From assembly GCA_030838265.1 (NCBI GenBank), contig JAUTXA010000036.1:1-37158 (forward strand): a stretch of 37,158 nt of DNA. The letters are read 5' to 3'. The stretch comes from Actinomycetota bacterium (GTDB lineage: Bacteria > Actinomycetota > Acidimicrobiia > Acidimicrobiales > BP-101). Below, one piece after another: positions 17,647 through 27,319 of the stretch (positions are counted from its first letter, which is position 1; each line of letters opens with the position of its first letter). The notes below the pieces were generated by a model. The model was not told the DNA's origin and did not search any database. It saw only the letters and a list, made by a program, of their open reading frames with translations. The translations under genes were made by a program, and so were the position numbers.

Positions 17647-18851
17647 TGGCGGAGCTGGCCCCGGGCTCGGTGGTGGTGCGCGACCTGTGGGAGTCGTTCA
17701 CCATCTACCACGACCGCCCGGTGAGCCTGAAGGACCGCCTGGTCGGGAAGCGCAAGACCTCGACCGAGCAGTTCTGGGCCCTCAAGGGGGTGAGCGTCGA
17801 GGTCGAGCCGGGCGAGACCCTGGCCCTCGTCGGGGCCAACGGCTCGGGCAAGTCGACCCTGCTCAAGGTCATGGCCCGCATCCTCGAGCCCGACAAGGGG
17901 TCGGTCGATATCGGGGGCCGGCTGGCCGCCCTGCTCGAGGTCGGCGCCGGCTTCCACGGCGACCTGACGGGACGGGAGAACGTCTACCTCAACGCCTCCA
18001 TCCTCGGCTTCGGCCGCAGGGAGGTCGACCGCATCTTCGACGACATCGTCGCCTTCGCCGAGCTCGAGCGCTTCATCGACACGCCGGTGCGCACGTACTC
18101 GTCGGGGATGTACGTGCGTCTCGGCTTCGCCGTCGCCATCCACCTCGATCCCCACATCCTGCTGGTCGACGAGGTCCTGGCCGTGGGCGACGCCCGCTTC
18201 CAGGCTCGCTGCTTCGACCGCATCCGGGCCCTGCAGCGCGAGGGCCGCACGATCATCTTCGTCACCCACGACACCGACCTGGCCGCGTCGCTGTGCAAGC
18301 GGGCCGTGCTGCTGGTCGAGGGCGAGATCGATCAGATGGGCCCGAGCCACCTCGTCGTCGACCGCTACCGCGAGCTCTACACCGCCGAGGGCACGCATGA
18401 CATGGGCCACTTCACCGGCGGTGAGGTCCACGGCACCGGCGACATGCGGCTCAGTGGCATTCGGCTCATCACTGAGGCGGGCGACCCGGTCGTGAAGGTC
18501 GGTGAGGCCCTGTCGGTCACCTACGCGGCCGAGGCCACGACCGAGATCGAGCGCCCGGTGTTCGGCCTCATCGTGCGGGCCCCTGATGGCACCTACCTCT
18601 ATGACACCAACACCTTGTGGCGGAACCACGACACCGGGACCTACCGCTCGGGCGACAAGGTGGTCGTGCGCTTCGACCTGAAGGCTCACCTCTTGCCAGG
18701 GATGTACCTGATCACGGTGGCCGCGGCCAACGAGGACGGGCGCGTGGCGTATGACTGGCACACCGATGTGCTGGCCTTCGAGGTTCGGGGCAACACCCAC
18801 GCGCGGGGCATCGCCGCCCTCGACGCCGACGTCACCATCGAGGCCCTGTGA
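17646..18851 (+). CDS. wzt: polysaccharide ABC exporter ATPase with extra C-terminal domain (Wzt/TagH-like)
   Basis: ATG at 17646 overlaps the wzm stop. Walker [10 protein letters not shown], signature YSSGMYVRL, Walker [13 protein letters not shown]. About 150 additional beta-rich C-terminal residues (from about nt 18408). 401 aa. Confidence 0.9.
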   Translation: MAELAPGSVVVRDLWESFTIYHDRPVSLKDRLVGKRKTSTEQFWALKGVSVEVEPGETLALVGANGSGKSTLLKVMARILEPDKGSVDIGGRLAALLEVGAGFHGDLTGRENVYLNASILGFGRREVDRIFDDIVAFAELERFIDTPVRTYSSGMYVRLGFAVAIHLDPHILLVDEVLAVGDARFQARCFDRIRALQREGRTIIFVTHDTDLAASLCKRAVLLVEGEIDQMGPSHLVVDRYRELYTAEGTHDMGHFTGGEVHGTGDMRLSGIRLITEAGDPVVKVGEALSVTYAAEATTEIERPVFGLIVRAPDGTYLYDTNTLWRNHDTGTYRSGDKVVVRFDLKAHLLPGMYLITVAAANEDGRVAYDWHTDVLAFEVRGNTHARGIAALDADVTIEAL

Positions 18852-19714
18852 CGAGCGACGACCTCGAGCTGTCGTACTACGAGTCGCGCCAGTTCGACGC
18901 CGAGCACATCTGGCAGGTCCGCAGCCACTACCTCCAGTTCGTCGAGGGGGCCTCGTTCCTCGTCGAGCTGGGCTCAGGCCGCGGCGAGTTCCTGGCCAAG
19001 GTGGCGGGCGGCATCGACCGCGTCCTCGGCGTCGACAGCGAGGCGGCGATGGTCGAGCGGGCCCGGGCGCTCGGCGTCGACGTCGTCCACGACGACGCCC
19101 TGCACTGGCTCGAGTCGACCGACGACCGGCCCGACGCCCTGGTCGCCGCCCACCTGGTCGAGCACCTGGCCGTCGAGGACGCCAGCCGCCTTTTCGAGGG
19201 GGCGGCGCGGGTGCTGGCCTCGGGCGGGGTGCTCGTCGCCGTGACGCCCAACCCGTCCTGCCTCTCAGTCCTGCTCCAGGACTTCTGGAGCGACCCAACC
19301 CACGTGCGCCCCTACACCCTCGACCTCCTCCAGTTTCTGACCCGCCGGGCCGGGCTCGAGGTGGTCGACGCCGGCGGCAACCCCCTCGACGTCCCCGGCC
19401 CACCCGCCCACCTGCCGGTCGACAACGTGATGACACCGTGGGGCGCGCCTTCGGCCGCCGTCGAGCCCGAGGCGCGGCGGACGCAGTCGCGCCTGAAGGC
19501 CGGGCTCACAGCCGGCGTGACCGCCGGCGTCGACGACGAGGTGGCCCGGCTGCGGCGCGCCGTCGAGCTGCTGGTCCACGACATGCACACCCTCGCCGGC
19601 CAGATCAACACGATCGGCCACCAGGCGGCCGAGGCGAGGGACGGCGTCAACCGGACCCTCGCCCACCTCTACGGCCCCAACGAGATCTACGTGGTCGCCC
19701 GCCAGCCGGCATGA
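18848..19714 (+). CDS. class I SAM-dependent methyltransferase with helical C-terminal extension
   Basis: GTG overlaps the wzt stop. SAM motif [22 protein letters not shown] and [11 protein letters not shown] are typical of Methyltransf_11/23. The C-terminus [46 protein letters not shown] looks coiled-coil-like. Confidence 0.85.
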   Translation: MTSDDLELSYYESRQFDAEHIWQVRSHYLQFVEGASFLVELGSGRGEFLAKVAGGIDRVLGVDSEAAMVERARALGVDVVHDDALHWLESTDDRPDALVAAHLVEHLAVEDASRLFEGAARVLASGGVLVAVTPNPSCLSVLLQDFWSDPTHVRPYTLDLLQFLTRRAGLEVVDAGGNPLDVPGPPAHLPVDNVMTPWGAPSAAVEPEARRTQSRLKAGLTAGVTAGVDDEVARLRRAVELLVHDMHTLAGQINTIGHQAAEARDGVNRTLAHLYGPNEIYVVARQPA

Positions 19715-21069
19715 CGCCCTTCGTTCGCGTCGTCGTCCTCAACTTCAACGGCGGAGACCTCACCACCGACTGCCTCACCCACCTCGAGCAGGTTGACTGG
19801 CCCGCCGACCGGCTCGAGCTGGTGATGGTCGACAACTCGCCCGCTGACGGCGTGGCCGAACGGGTGCGTCGCGACCACCCGACCGTCCGCATCGTCACCG
19901 CGCCCCGGAACCTGGGCTTCGCAGGCGGCAACGACTTGGCCCTGCGCGACCTCGGCGCCGCCGACTACGTCGCCCTCCTCAACAACGACGCCACCATCGA
20001 GCCGGGCTGGCTCCGCCCACTGGTCGCAGCTCTCGAAGCCGACCCGAGCCTGGCCGCGGCCAACTCGAAGATCGTGTTCGCGGCCGAGTTCGTCGAGGTC
20101 GAGCTGTCGACGTCGGGCTTCACACCGGGGCGGGGCGACCCGCGTGACCTGGGCGTGCGCCTCAGTGGCGTGCGGGTCGACGGCACCGACCAGTGGCGCG
20201 ACACGCAACGGGCCGAGGGGTGGTGGGGGATCGAGCACGGCGGGCCCGACGAGGTGACCTTCGAGTGGTCGAAGTCATCGGCTGTCCTGCGCGTCCCCGT
20301 GACGGTCGGCGACGATCGGTCCGCCTCGCGGCGCGTCGAGCTGAAGTTGGCGGCGGAGCGAGAAAAGTCGGTCACCATCGGCTCCGGTGACGAGTCGGTC
20401 TCGGTGACGGTGGGCCCCACGCCGGCCTGGCATGAGATCCCCCTGGGGGGCAAGGCCTTCGACGTCATCAACAACGTGGGGTCGGTCCTCATCGAGGGAG
20501 GGTGGGGGGCAGACCGCGGCTACCTCGAGCCCGACCGTGGCCAGTACGACGAAGCGGCCGAGGTCTTCGCCTGGTGCGGGGGCAGCGTCCTCCTGCGCCG
20601 CAAGTACCTCGACGAGGTTGGCGTCTTCGACGAGCGCTTCTTCCTCTACTACGAGGACTTCGACCTCTCGTGGCGCGGTCGCCTGGCCGGGTGGCGCTAC
20701 CAGTACGTCCCCGAGTCGCGGGTCCGCCACATCCACAGCGCATCGAGCGGTGAGGCGTCGGCCATCTTCCAGCACCACGTCGAGCGCAACCGGCTGCTCA
20801 TGCTGACCAAGAACGCACCGGCGTGGCTGGCCCGCCAGGCCGCCTTCCGCTTCGTCCTCTCGACCGCTTCGTACGGACGGCGCGACGTCGTCAGCCCCGT
20901 CCTGCGCGGCCACCGGCCCAACACCACGCTGACGGCGCGGCGCGTCCGCTCGTTCGTCGACTACCTTCGCCTCCTACCTCACGCCCTCCGGGAGCGGCGC
21001 CGGGTGCGGGCCCATCAGGTGGTGCCGGACGAGCAGCTGCTGTCGTGGGCCGTGCCCCCTCGATCATGA
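19711..21069 (+). CDS. GT2 glycosyltransferase with a ~125-aa internal insertion
   Basis: ATG at 19711 overlaps the methyltransferase stop. VRVVVLNFNGGDLTTDCL, LVMVDNSPADG, NLGFAGGND and LLNNDA. After the insert: DRGQYDEAAEVFAWCGGSVLLRR…FFLYYEDFDLSWR…RHIHSAS. 452 aa. Confidence 0.85.
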   Translation: MTPFVRVVVLNFNGGDLTTDCLTHLEQVDWPADRLELVMVDNSPADGVAERVRRDHPTVRIVTAPRNLGFAGGNDLALRDLGAADYVALLNNDATIEPGWLRPLVAALEADPSLAAANSKIVFAAEFVEVELSTSGFTPGRGDPRDLGVRLSGVRVDGTDQWRDTQRAEGWWGIEHGGPDEVTFEWSKSSAVLRVPVTVGDDRSASRRVELKLAAEREKSVTIGSGDESVSVTVGPTPAWHEIPLGGKAFDVINNVGSVLIEGGWGADRGYLEPDRGQYDEAAEVFAWCGGSVLLRRKYLDEVGVFDERFFLYYEDFDLSWRGRLAGWRYQYVPESRVRHIHSASSGEASAIFQHHVERNRLLMLTKNAPAWLARQAAFRFVLSTASYGRRDVVSPVLRGHRPNTTLTARRVRSFVDYLRLLPHALRERRRVRAHQVVPDEQLLSWAVPPRS

Positions 21070-22637
21070 GGGTCGGCGTCTACAACAAGCACTGGGCCAC
21101 GGCCGGTGGGGGCGAGAAGTACGCGGCCTCGATGGCCATCGCCCTAAGGGACGGGAACGAGGTGACCCTGCTCGGCAACGACGCGATCGACACCGCCATG
21201 CTCGAGGAGCGTCTCCAGGTCGACCTGTCCGGGATGGCGACCGTCGACCTGGGTCCTGACCCCGGCGCGGCCAGCGAGGCGTCGGCCGACTACGACCTGT
21301 TCGTCAACGCCAGCTACGGCAGCGACGAGCCCAACCGGGCCAACCACGGGCTCTACGTCGTCTACTTCCCGTCGGGCGCCCACCCCGGCATCCAGGGCGT
21401 CGACCGGGCTGCGGTGCGGATCCTCGACCCCATCGCCCGCCCCCACGGTGCCGTGGTGCGCTGGGGTCGCGGCTTCTGGGCCCGCGACAGCGGCGCCGTC
21501 TTCTCATGGACAGCGGGCCGGGCTGTGATCTACGTCGAAGCCGCCGACGGGCTCGAGGTGCCGCTGCACCTGGCGTTCGGTGGCCATCGCCCCGAGGCGG
21601 CGGGCCCGACGGTGGCTCGCATCGCGGTCGAGGGCGAGCCGGTGGCGACGGTGCTGGTCGAGCCCGGCCGGCGACGGGCGTCAGTCGATGTGCCCGTGCG
21701 GGGCAGGGGGCCGAAGCACCCGGTCGCGGTCGAGATCCGAGCCGACACCTTCGTCCCCGCCGAGCTGGGGATGGGCGACGACCGACGACAGCTGGGCGTC
21801 CCTCTCACCCGGGCCGCCATCGGCCCGCGCTTCGGCAGCGCCCGCTCGCTGGGCCAGTGGGGGATCGCCCGCCTGGCCCAGCGGGTTCGGCCCAACGTGA
21901 ACCTGCTGCAGTCGATCCGCTTCCTCGACTCCTACGACCGACTGGTGTCGATCTCGGATTACACGACGTTGTGGACCAAGCGCTTCTGGGATCGCGATTC
22001 CGTGCTCCTGCACCCGCCAGTGACGCCACAGCCCCGCGGTGCCGGCGGCAAGGACAACATGATTCTGTCGGTGGGTCGCTTCTTCGCCCCCGAGCACGGG
22101 CACTCGAAGAAGCAGCTCGAGATGGTCAACGGCTTCCGTCTCCTGTGTGAGGGCGGCCTCACCGGCTGGGAGTACCACCTTGTCGGCGGGTGCAAGCCCG
22201 AGGACGAGCACTACCTGAACGATGTGCGGGCCGCGGCCGAGGGCCTGCCCGTCGTCTTCCACATCGGGGCCAGCGGGGCCGAGCTCCGCGACCTCTACTC
22301 GCGGGCCTCGATCTTCTGGCACGCCTCCGGTCTCGGCGAGGATCCGGCCCGCAACCCGGTGCGCTACGAGCACTTCGGCATCACCACCGTCGAGGCCATG
22401 TCGGCGGGCATCGTCCCCATCGTGATCGGCATGGCCGGTCAGCTCGAGGTGCTCGAGTCCGGCGTCGAGGGATACCACTTCCAGACCCTCGACGAGCTGG
22501 TGGCCCGCACGCGAGAGGTGGCGGGCGACGAAACCCTCCGCCGCCGTCTGGCCGATGCCGCCGTCGCCCGGGCCGCCCAGTTCTCGCCCGAGTGCTTCGC
22601 CGACCGGCTGGGCGAGATCGTCGCCACCCTCGGCTGA
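21066..22637 (+). CDS. GT4 glycosyltransferase with an internal beta-rich insertion
   Basis: ATG at 21066 overlaps the upstream stop. The C-terminal half carries RYEHFGITTVEAMSAGIVPIVIGMAGQLEVL (GT4 E-x7-E region). 523 aa. Confidence 0.85.
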   Translation: MRVGVYNKHWATAGGGEKYAASMAIALRDGNEVTLLGNDAIDTAMLEERLQVDLSGMATVDLGPDPGAASEASADYDLFVNASYGSDEPNRANHGLYVVYFPSGAHPGIQGVDRAAVRILDPIARPHGAVVRWGRGFWARDSGAVFSWTAGRAVIYVEAADGLEVPLHLAFGGHRPEAAGPTVARIAVEGEPVATVLVEPGRRRASVDVPVRGRGPKHPVAVEIRADTFVPAELGMGDDRRQLGVPLTRAAIGPRFGSARSLGQWGIARLAQRVRPNVNLLQSIRFLDSYDRLVSISDYTTLWTKRFWDRDSVLLHPPVTPQPRGAGGKDNMILSVGRFFAPEHGHSKKQLEMVNGFRLLCEGGLTGWEYHLVGGCKPEDEHYLNDVRAAAEGLPVVFHIGASGAELRDLYSRASIFWHASGLGEDPARNPVRYEHFGITTVEAMSAGIVPIVIGMAGQLEVLESGVEGYHFQTLDELVARTREVAGDETLRRRLADAAVARAAQFSPECFADRLGEIVATLG

Positions 22638-22644
22638 CCGAGGG

Positions 22645-25482
22645 TTGGGTGACGCCCGGCCCCGCGGGGCGTGTGCCATCCTGAGCGGGGGCGGAGTCGA
22701 CCACACTGGTGGTGAGCGCGCCCTGAGACGACATCCTCGAACCCCCCGGTCCCTGAGAGCGGCTGTCGCTCTGGTCGTCACGATGGCGGCAGCAGTGCTC
22801 GGGCCAGGGGCAGCGCCGGCGGCCCGCGCCGACACGTCGTTCGTCTTCCACGGTGGCGGCTTCGGTCACGCCCTCGGCATGAGCCAGTACGGCGCCATGG
22901 GGATGGCCCGGTCCGGGTTCACCTACCAGCAGATCCTCACGCACTACTACACGGGCATCACCGTCTCTGCTCCCGGGGTCCCGGCCACCATCCGAGTCGG
23001 GCTGCGCCAGGGGTCGGAGTCCTTCCGCCTCACCGGCACCGGAAACTTCAACTTCTCGGCCACCAAGGGCGGGCCGGCGGTGGCCATCGGCAGCGCCAAC
23101 CAGTGGTGGGCCATCACCCGAACGGGGACGTTGCTCTATCTGACCGGCCCCGACAACGTCAAACGGGGGCCGTACTCGCAGGTGTGGCAATCGACCAACG
23201 CCGGTGAGCACCTCAAGCTGGTCGAGTGGAACGGGTCGCAATGGGTCACCACCGGCGACTACGCCCACGGCCAGATGCAGGTCGTCGCCAACAGCGGCGG
23301 CTCGGCGACCTACGTGGTGCTCCAGGACCTCACCCTCGAGCAGTACGTCGCCGGCATCGGTGAGGTCCCGAGCACCTGGCCCACCGCGGCCAAGCAGGCC
23401 CAGGCGGTGGCGGCCCGCACCTACGGGGCCCGGCTCATCACGACCGGAGGCCGGTCGAACTGCGGCTGCGACCTGTTCGACGACACGCGCGACCAGGTGT
23501 ACTCGGGCTGGGCGACCGAGCAGCAGTCGGGCTGGACGAGCGCCGTCAACTCGACCCCCGGCGTCGTCGCGACCTATCAGGGCACCCTCATCACGGCCTA
23601 CTACTCGTCGTCGTCCGGTGGCTGGACGGAGGACAACGAGAAGGTCTGGGGGGGCAGCGCCATCGCCTACCTGCGCGGCGTCGAGGACCCCTACGACAAC
23701 CAACCCGAAAACCCCAACTACCGGTGGACGCGCACGTTCTCCGGCACCGCCCTCTCGAGCACCCTGAACGGCTGGCTGGCGGCGCGGGGGCGGGCCCAGA
23801 TCGGAACCGTGCAGTCGGTGGTCTACCCGGCGCCCCGCGGCCACGGCGGGAGGATCATCATCCCCACTGCCGGCGGCGGCGGAGCCACCTTCAACGGCAC
23901 CAGCGGCCAGGCCCGGCTCAGCGGTGAGGACCTGCGCGGTGCGCTCGGCTTCCCGGGGTCGATGATCGTCGACCCCAGCAACGTGGCCACCACCGACGTC
24001 TCGGGCGGATGGGTCGTCGACGCGCTGGGCGGCTTCCACTCCTTCGGCGGCGCCGCGTCCCCGAGTGGCGGCCGCTACCGATCGACGTGGACGGTGCGCG
24101 ACGCCACGGCACGCGGCGACGGCCGGGGCGGTTACGTCCTCGACGGCAACGGGACCCTCGACACCCTCAACGGCGCGCCGGGCCTGGCCAAGGTGCCCGC
24201 CTTCGGCAGTGACATCGCCCGTTCGATCGCCCTCTCCGGCAATGGCGACCAGGGTCAGATCCTCGATGGCTACGGCGGCCTGCACCCCATCGGCACCGCC
24301 ACCAGCCTGGGGCCTGGCCCCTACTGGAACGGGTGGGACATCGCCCGGGCCGTGGCCCTCACCGCCGACGGCAAGGGCGCCTACGTCCTCGACGGCTACG
24401 GAGGCATCCACCCCGTCGGCACGGCGCCGGCCGTCAGCGGTGCTCCCTACTTCGGCTTTGACATCGCCCGCGACATCGCGTTGCGCCGGGGCGGAGGCGG
24501 TTACGTCCTCGACGGCTATGGCGGCCTCCATGCCTTCGGTGGCGCTCCAGCCGCGACAGGCGGGAGCTACCACGGTGGCAGCGACACCGCCGCCGCTCTG
24601 GTGCTGCGCAGCCGGGGCGCCGGCGGCTACGTCGTCGAGCGCGGCGGTCCGCTGGTGGCCATGGGTGGCGCACCGGTGCTCACCGTGCCCGACTCCTTCA
24701 CCAACAACGCGGCCCGGGCCGTGGTGCTGCCCCCCGACCCGGGGGCTTACGTCATGGCCGGCTCCGGTCAGGTCGCGGCCGCCGGGCTAGCGCCCGGCGT
24801 CACCGGCTCGCCGTCATTCAGCAGCGACATCGGCCGCGACCTGGTGATGCGCCCCAACGCCACCGGCTACGAGGTCGACGGCTACGGCGGCATCCACGAG
24901 ATCGGGGCGGGGGCCCACGTCCACACCGGCGGGCAGTTCTTCTCGGGGCAGGATCGCATCCGGGCCATCGCCCTCACCCCGGACGGAACCCAGGGCTACA
25001 CCCTCGACAAGAACGGCACGCTCTACAACTTCGACGGCGCCCCGGCGGTCACGGTGACAGGCAGCTGGTGGGCCGACAGCGCCGACATCGCTCGGGCCCT
25101 GACCCTGACAGGCAGCGCCAAGGGCTACCTGCTCGACGAGGGGGGAGCGCTGCACGAGTTCGGCGGTGCCCCGGCCCTCTTCAGCGGCCCGCCCTCGTGG
25201 TACGCGCCGGGCCAGAACAAGTTCGTGGCCTTCGCCCTCGCTCCCGACCAGACCAGCGGCTACGTGCTCGAGAGCAACGGGACGCTGCATCCGTTCGGCT
25301 CGGCGCCCGCCGCCACCGCGCCGGGCGTGACGGCGCCGGCTCGCGACGTCATCCTCCGCCCCGATGGCCGCTCCGGGTGGGTGGTCGACGCGGGCGGCGG
25401 CCTCCGTCCCTTCGGCGGGGCGCCACCGGTGAGCGGTGGCCTCGGCAGCGGCCAGGTGGGACGGGCCGGCACCAACGGTTAG
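22645..25482 (+). CDS. secreted SpoIID/LytB-domain protein with a C-terminal 12-copy ~42-aa repeat array
   Basis: SpoIID-type core (FVFHGGGFGHALGMSQYGAMGMA…LEQYVAGIGEVPSTWP…AVAARTYG…VYSGW…YSSSSGGWTE). Hydrophobic signal-like segment LRAAVALVVTMAAAVLGPGAAPAARA. Start uncertain: in-frame TTG 22645, CTG 22723 (best signal-peptide geometry) or ATG 22783. The end is firm (TAG 25480-25482). Confidence 0.85.
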   Translation: MGDARPRGACAILSGGGVDHTGGERALRRHPRTPRSLRAAVALVVTMAAAVLGPGAAPAARADTSFVFHGGGFGHALGMSQYGAMGMARSGFTYQQILTHYYTGITVSAPGVPATIRVGLRQGSESFRLTGTGNFNFSATKGGPAVAIGSANQWWAITRTGTLLYLTGPDNVKRGPYSQVWQSTNAGEHLKLVEWNGSQWVTTGDYAHGQMQVVANSGGSATYVVLQDLTLEQYVAGIGEVPSTWPTAAKQAQAVAARTYGARLITTGGRSNCGCDLFDDTRDQVYSGWATEQQSGWTSAVNSTPGVVATYQGTLITAYYSSSSGGWTEDNEKVWGGSAIAYLRGVEDPYDNQPENPNYRWTRTFSGTALSSTLNGWLAARGRAQIGTVQSVVYPAPRGHGGRIIIPTAGGGGATFNGTSGQARLSGEDLRGALGFPGSMIVDPSNVATTDVSGGWVVDALGGFHSFGGAASPSGGRYRSTWTVRDATARGDGRGGYVLDGNGTLDTLNGAPGLAKVPAFGSDIARSIALSGNGDQGQILDGYGGLHPIGTATSLGPGPYWNGWDIARAVALTADGKGAYVLDGYGGIHPVGTAPAVSGAPYFGFDIARDIALRRGGGGYVLDGYGGLHAFGGAPAATGGSYHGGSDTAAALVLRSRGAGGYVVERGGPLVAMGGAPVLTVPDSFTNNAARAVVLPPDPGAYVMAGSGQVAAAGLAPGVTGSPSFSSDIGRDLVMRPNATGYEVDGYGGIHEIGAGAHVHTGGQFFSGQDRIRAIALTPDGTQGYTLDKNGTLYNFDGAPAVTVTGSWWADSADIARALTLTGSAKGYLLDEGGALHEFGGAPALFSGPPSWYAPGQNKFVAFALAPDQTSGYVLESNGTLHPFGSAPAATAPGVTAPARDVILRPDGRSGWVVDAGGGLRPFGGAPPVSGGLGSGQVGRAGTNG
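24007..25479 (+). repeat. protein-level tandem repeat array, about 12 copies (two 6-copy modules)
   Basis: Copies begin GWVVDALGGFH, GYVLDGNGTLD, GQILDGYGGLH, AYVLDGYGGIH, GYVLDGYGGLH, GYVVERGGPLV, AYVMAGSGQVA, GYEVDGYGGIH, GYTLDKNGTLY, GYLLDEGGALH, GYVLESNGTLH and GWVVDAGGGLR. Confidence 0.85.
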
Positions 25483-27257
25483 TCGGCAGACAGCCACCAG
25501 ACCCAGACGCCACCGGTCCGCTCCGGGCGACGACCCAACAGCAGCGTGAGGTAGTCGACGACGCGGGATTCGTTGGCGATGGGCCCGACGATCACGGCCC
25601 GGGTCTTCCAGCCGCGGATCTCGGCGCGCATGGCGTCGAGTGTGGGCTCGTCCGTCCCGATCGTCTCGCCGCCCTTCAGCTGGCCCAGGGCCCGTCCCAG
25701 GATCGTGGGGACGGGACCGAAGGCGGGACGGTTGTCGACCCGGTCGGGCCGGATGCTGTATCCGGACGGCATCTTGAAGCGCATGTCGGCCGCCGCCTGC
25801 CAGATCATGGGGGCGTCGTCGGTGACGTCGCCGGTGCTCCACGGCGCGACGACCGCCACCGAGCCGGGTGGCAGCCGATGCACGCCGCCGCCGGCCGTGA
25901 AGAAGGACGGAACGGGCGACGGGGTGTACGGAGGCGCCAGCGGGATCAGGGGGAGGAGCACCACCGCCGTCACCGCCAGGCCCGCGACCAAGCGACGGCC
26001 GCGCCGGGCCAGGACGGCGTCGACAAACAGGCCGATCAACAGAGCCAGAAAGACCCACGCGTAGAGGATGAGCCGGCCCGGCAGCATGTGGGTGGCCAAG
26101 GGCACCTCGCGCACCAGCCGCCACGGCAGCTTGACGGCCAGGTAGTCGTGGCCGGCCACGTGCAGATAGGGCCCCAACGAGAGCACGGCGATGCCGAGGG
26201 CCGAAAGGGCAGACACCACGACGATGGGCCGGCGCCGCCACACCACGGCCATGGCGCCCGCCAGGACGAGGAGGGGAAGCCCGACATAGGCGTTCCACTC
26301 GACGCCGATCGTGGTCGGCGTGAAGCGGCGGTAGATGTGGGCCGCCGACGACGGCGAGATCCACTGCTGGAAGGTGGGCACCACGAACCCGGCCAGGTCG
26401 CTGACGAAGGTGTCCTCGGGCTGGATGGCACCGGGGCCCAGATGCTGGGGGCCGCGGAACTGGGCGACCAGGGGCCAGGCGCACAGGACCCCGGCGATCA
26501 CCCCGCCCACGGCGAGCGCCTTGAGGGCGTAGGCCGCCTTGGCCCGAACCCGTCCCCGGTACAGCACAACCAGACCAACCGAAGTGAGGCCGGCCACGAG
26601 GGCCTCGGCCAGCAGCATCTCCTCGGCCAGCAGGAACTGGGCCGTCACGAGCAGGCCCAGGGCGGCGCCCGTCTTCCAGAGCGCCCAGCGCTGCTCGACG
26701 AGGAGCTCGTGGAGGACGACGAGCAGCAGCGGGGGCACGAAGGCCACGATCAGGTGGGCGTGGGAGTACGACTGCAGCACCATGTAGGGGGAGAACCCGT
26801 AGACGAGTCCGGCCAGCACGGCCGCGGCCCGGTGGTCGACGAAGCGTCGCACCGCGATGTAGGCGGCGAAGGCCGACAGGGCGTAGCCCGCCGTGACCAA
26901 CACGTTGTACGAGACGATTGGGCCGAAGACGGCGGTGATCGGTGCCAGCACCACGCCGGCGAGCGGCATGGCCGTGTTCCACATCACGTTGAAGCCCGCC
27001 GGGTAGTTCATGTGGTCGGTGAACCACGGGTTCTGGCCGTGGGCCAGGGCATGGGGAACCCAGCGGAGGTACCAGATGAACAGAGGTGGGTCACCGAGCC
27101 CGGCGAAACGAGCGCTGGGGTCGACCCAAGCCCCCCTCAGGAAGGCGGTGGCCAAGGCCGAGAACATCACGAGGACGCCCAAGTCGGGCAGGAGACGAGC
27201 CCGCCACCCGGGCCCGCTGGTCAGGCCCGGAGGCTGCGTTGGCTCGTCGTCCGTCAT
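25479..27257 (-). CDS. large polytopic membrane protein, GT-C-like putative extracytoplasmic glycosyltransferase
   Basis: About 12 or more hydrophobic helices. The first predicted loop carries acidic/aromatic GDPPLFIWYLRW…GQNPWFTDHMNYP. Soluble C-terminal ~130 aa. Start is ATG 27257 or GTG 27269. The family assignment is tentative. Confidence 0.72.
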   Translation of the reverse strand: MTDDEPTQPPGLTSGPGWRARLLPDLGVLVMFSALATAFLRGAWVDPSARFAGLGDPPLFIWYLRWVPHALAHGQNPWFTDHMNYPAGFNVMWNTAMPLAGVVLAPITAVFGPIVSYNVLVTAGYALSAFAAYIAVRRFVDHRAAAVLAGLVYGFSPYMVLQSYSHAHLIVAFVPPLLLVVLHELLVEQRWALWKTGAALGLLVTAQFLLAEEMLLAEALVAGLTSVGLVVLYRGRVRAKAAYALKALAVGGVIAGVLCAWPLVAQFRGPQHLGPGAIQPEDTFVSDLAGFVVPTFQQWISPSSAAHIYRRFTPTTIGVEWNAYVGLPLLVLAGAMAVVWRRRPIVVVSALSALGIAVLSLGPYLHVAGHDYLAVKLPWRLVREVPLATHMLPGRLILYAWVFLALLIGLFVDAVLARRGRRLVAGLAVTAVVLLPLIPLAPPYTPSPVPSFFTAGGGVHRLPPGSVAVVAPWSTGDVTDDAPMIWQAAADMRFKMPSGYSIRPDRVDNRPAFGPVPTILGRALGQLKGGETIGTDEPTLDAMRAEIRGWKTRAVIVGPIANESRVVDYLTLLLGRRPERTGGVWVWWLSAD

Positions 27258-27319
27258 GGGCGGGCGCACTCTACCGTCCGTCCCTTCAGTTTTTTCGACG
27301 GTGTGCCGATACCCGACTA

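Noticed and set aside
22645-22783. Assigning a definite start to the SpoIID-repeat gene, including the idea of a CTG start at 22723.
   Set aside because: TTG 22645, CTG 22723 and ATG 22783 are all in frame and none has a convincing Shine-Dalgarno spacing. CTG gives the best signal-peptide geometry but is a rare initiator. The start is left explicitly uncertain rather than claiming a non-canonical one.
24007-25479. Possible CRISPR array or non-coding tandem repeat, suggested by the periodic DNA similarity at 15408-16139, 24007-25479 and 28499-29923.
   Set aside because: The period is about 120-130 nt and the copies are imperfect and in frame. Conservation is at the amino-acid level, with synonymous differences between copies. 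There are no short exact repeats alternating with unique spacers and no cas genes.
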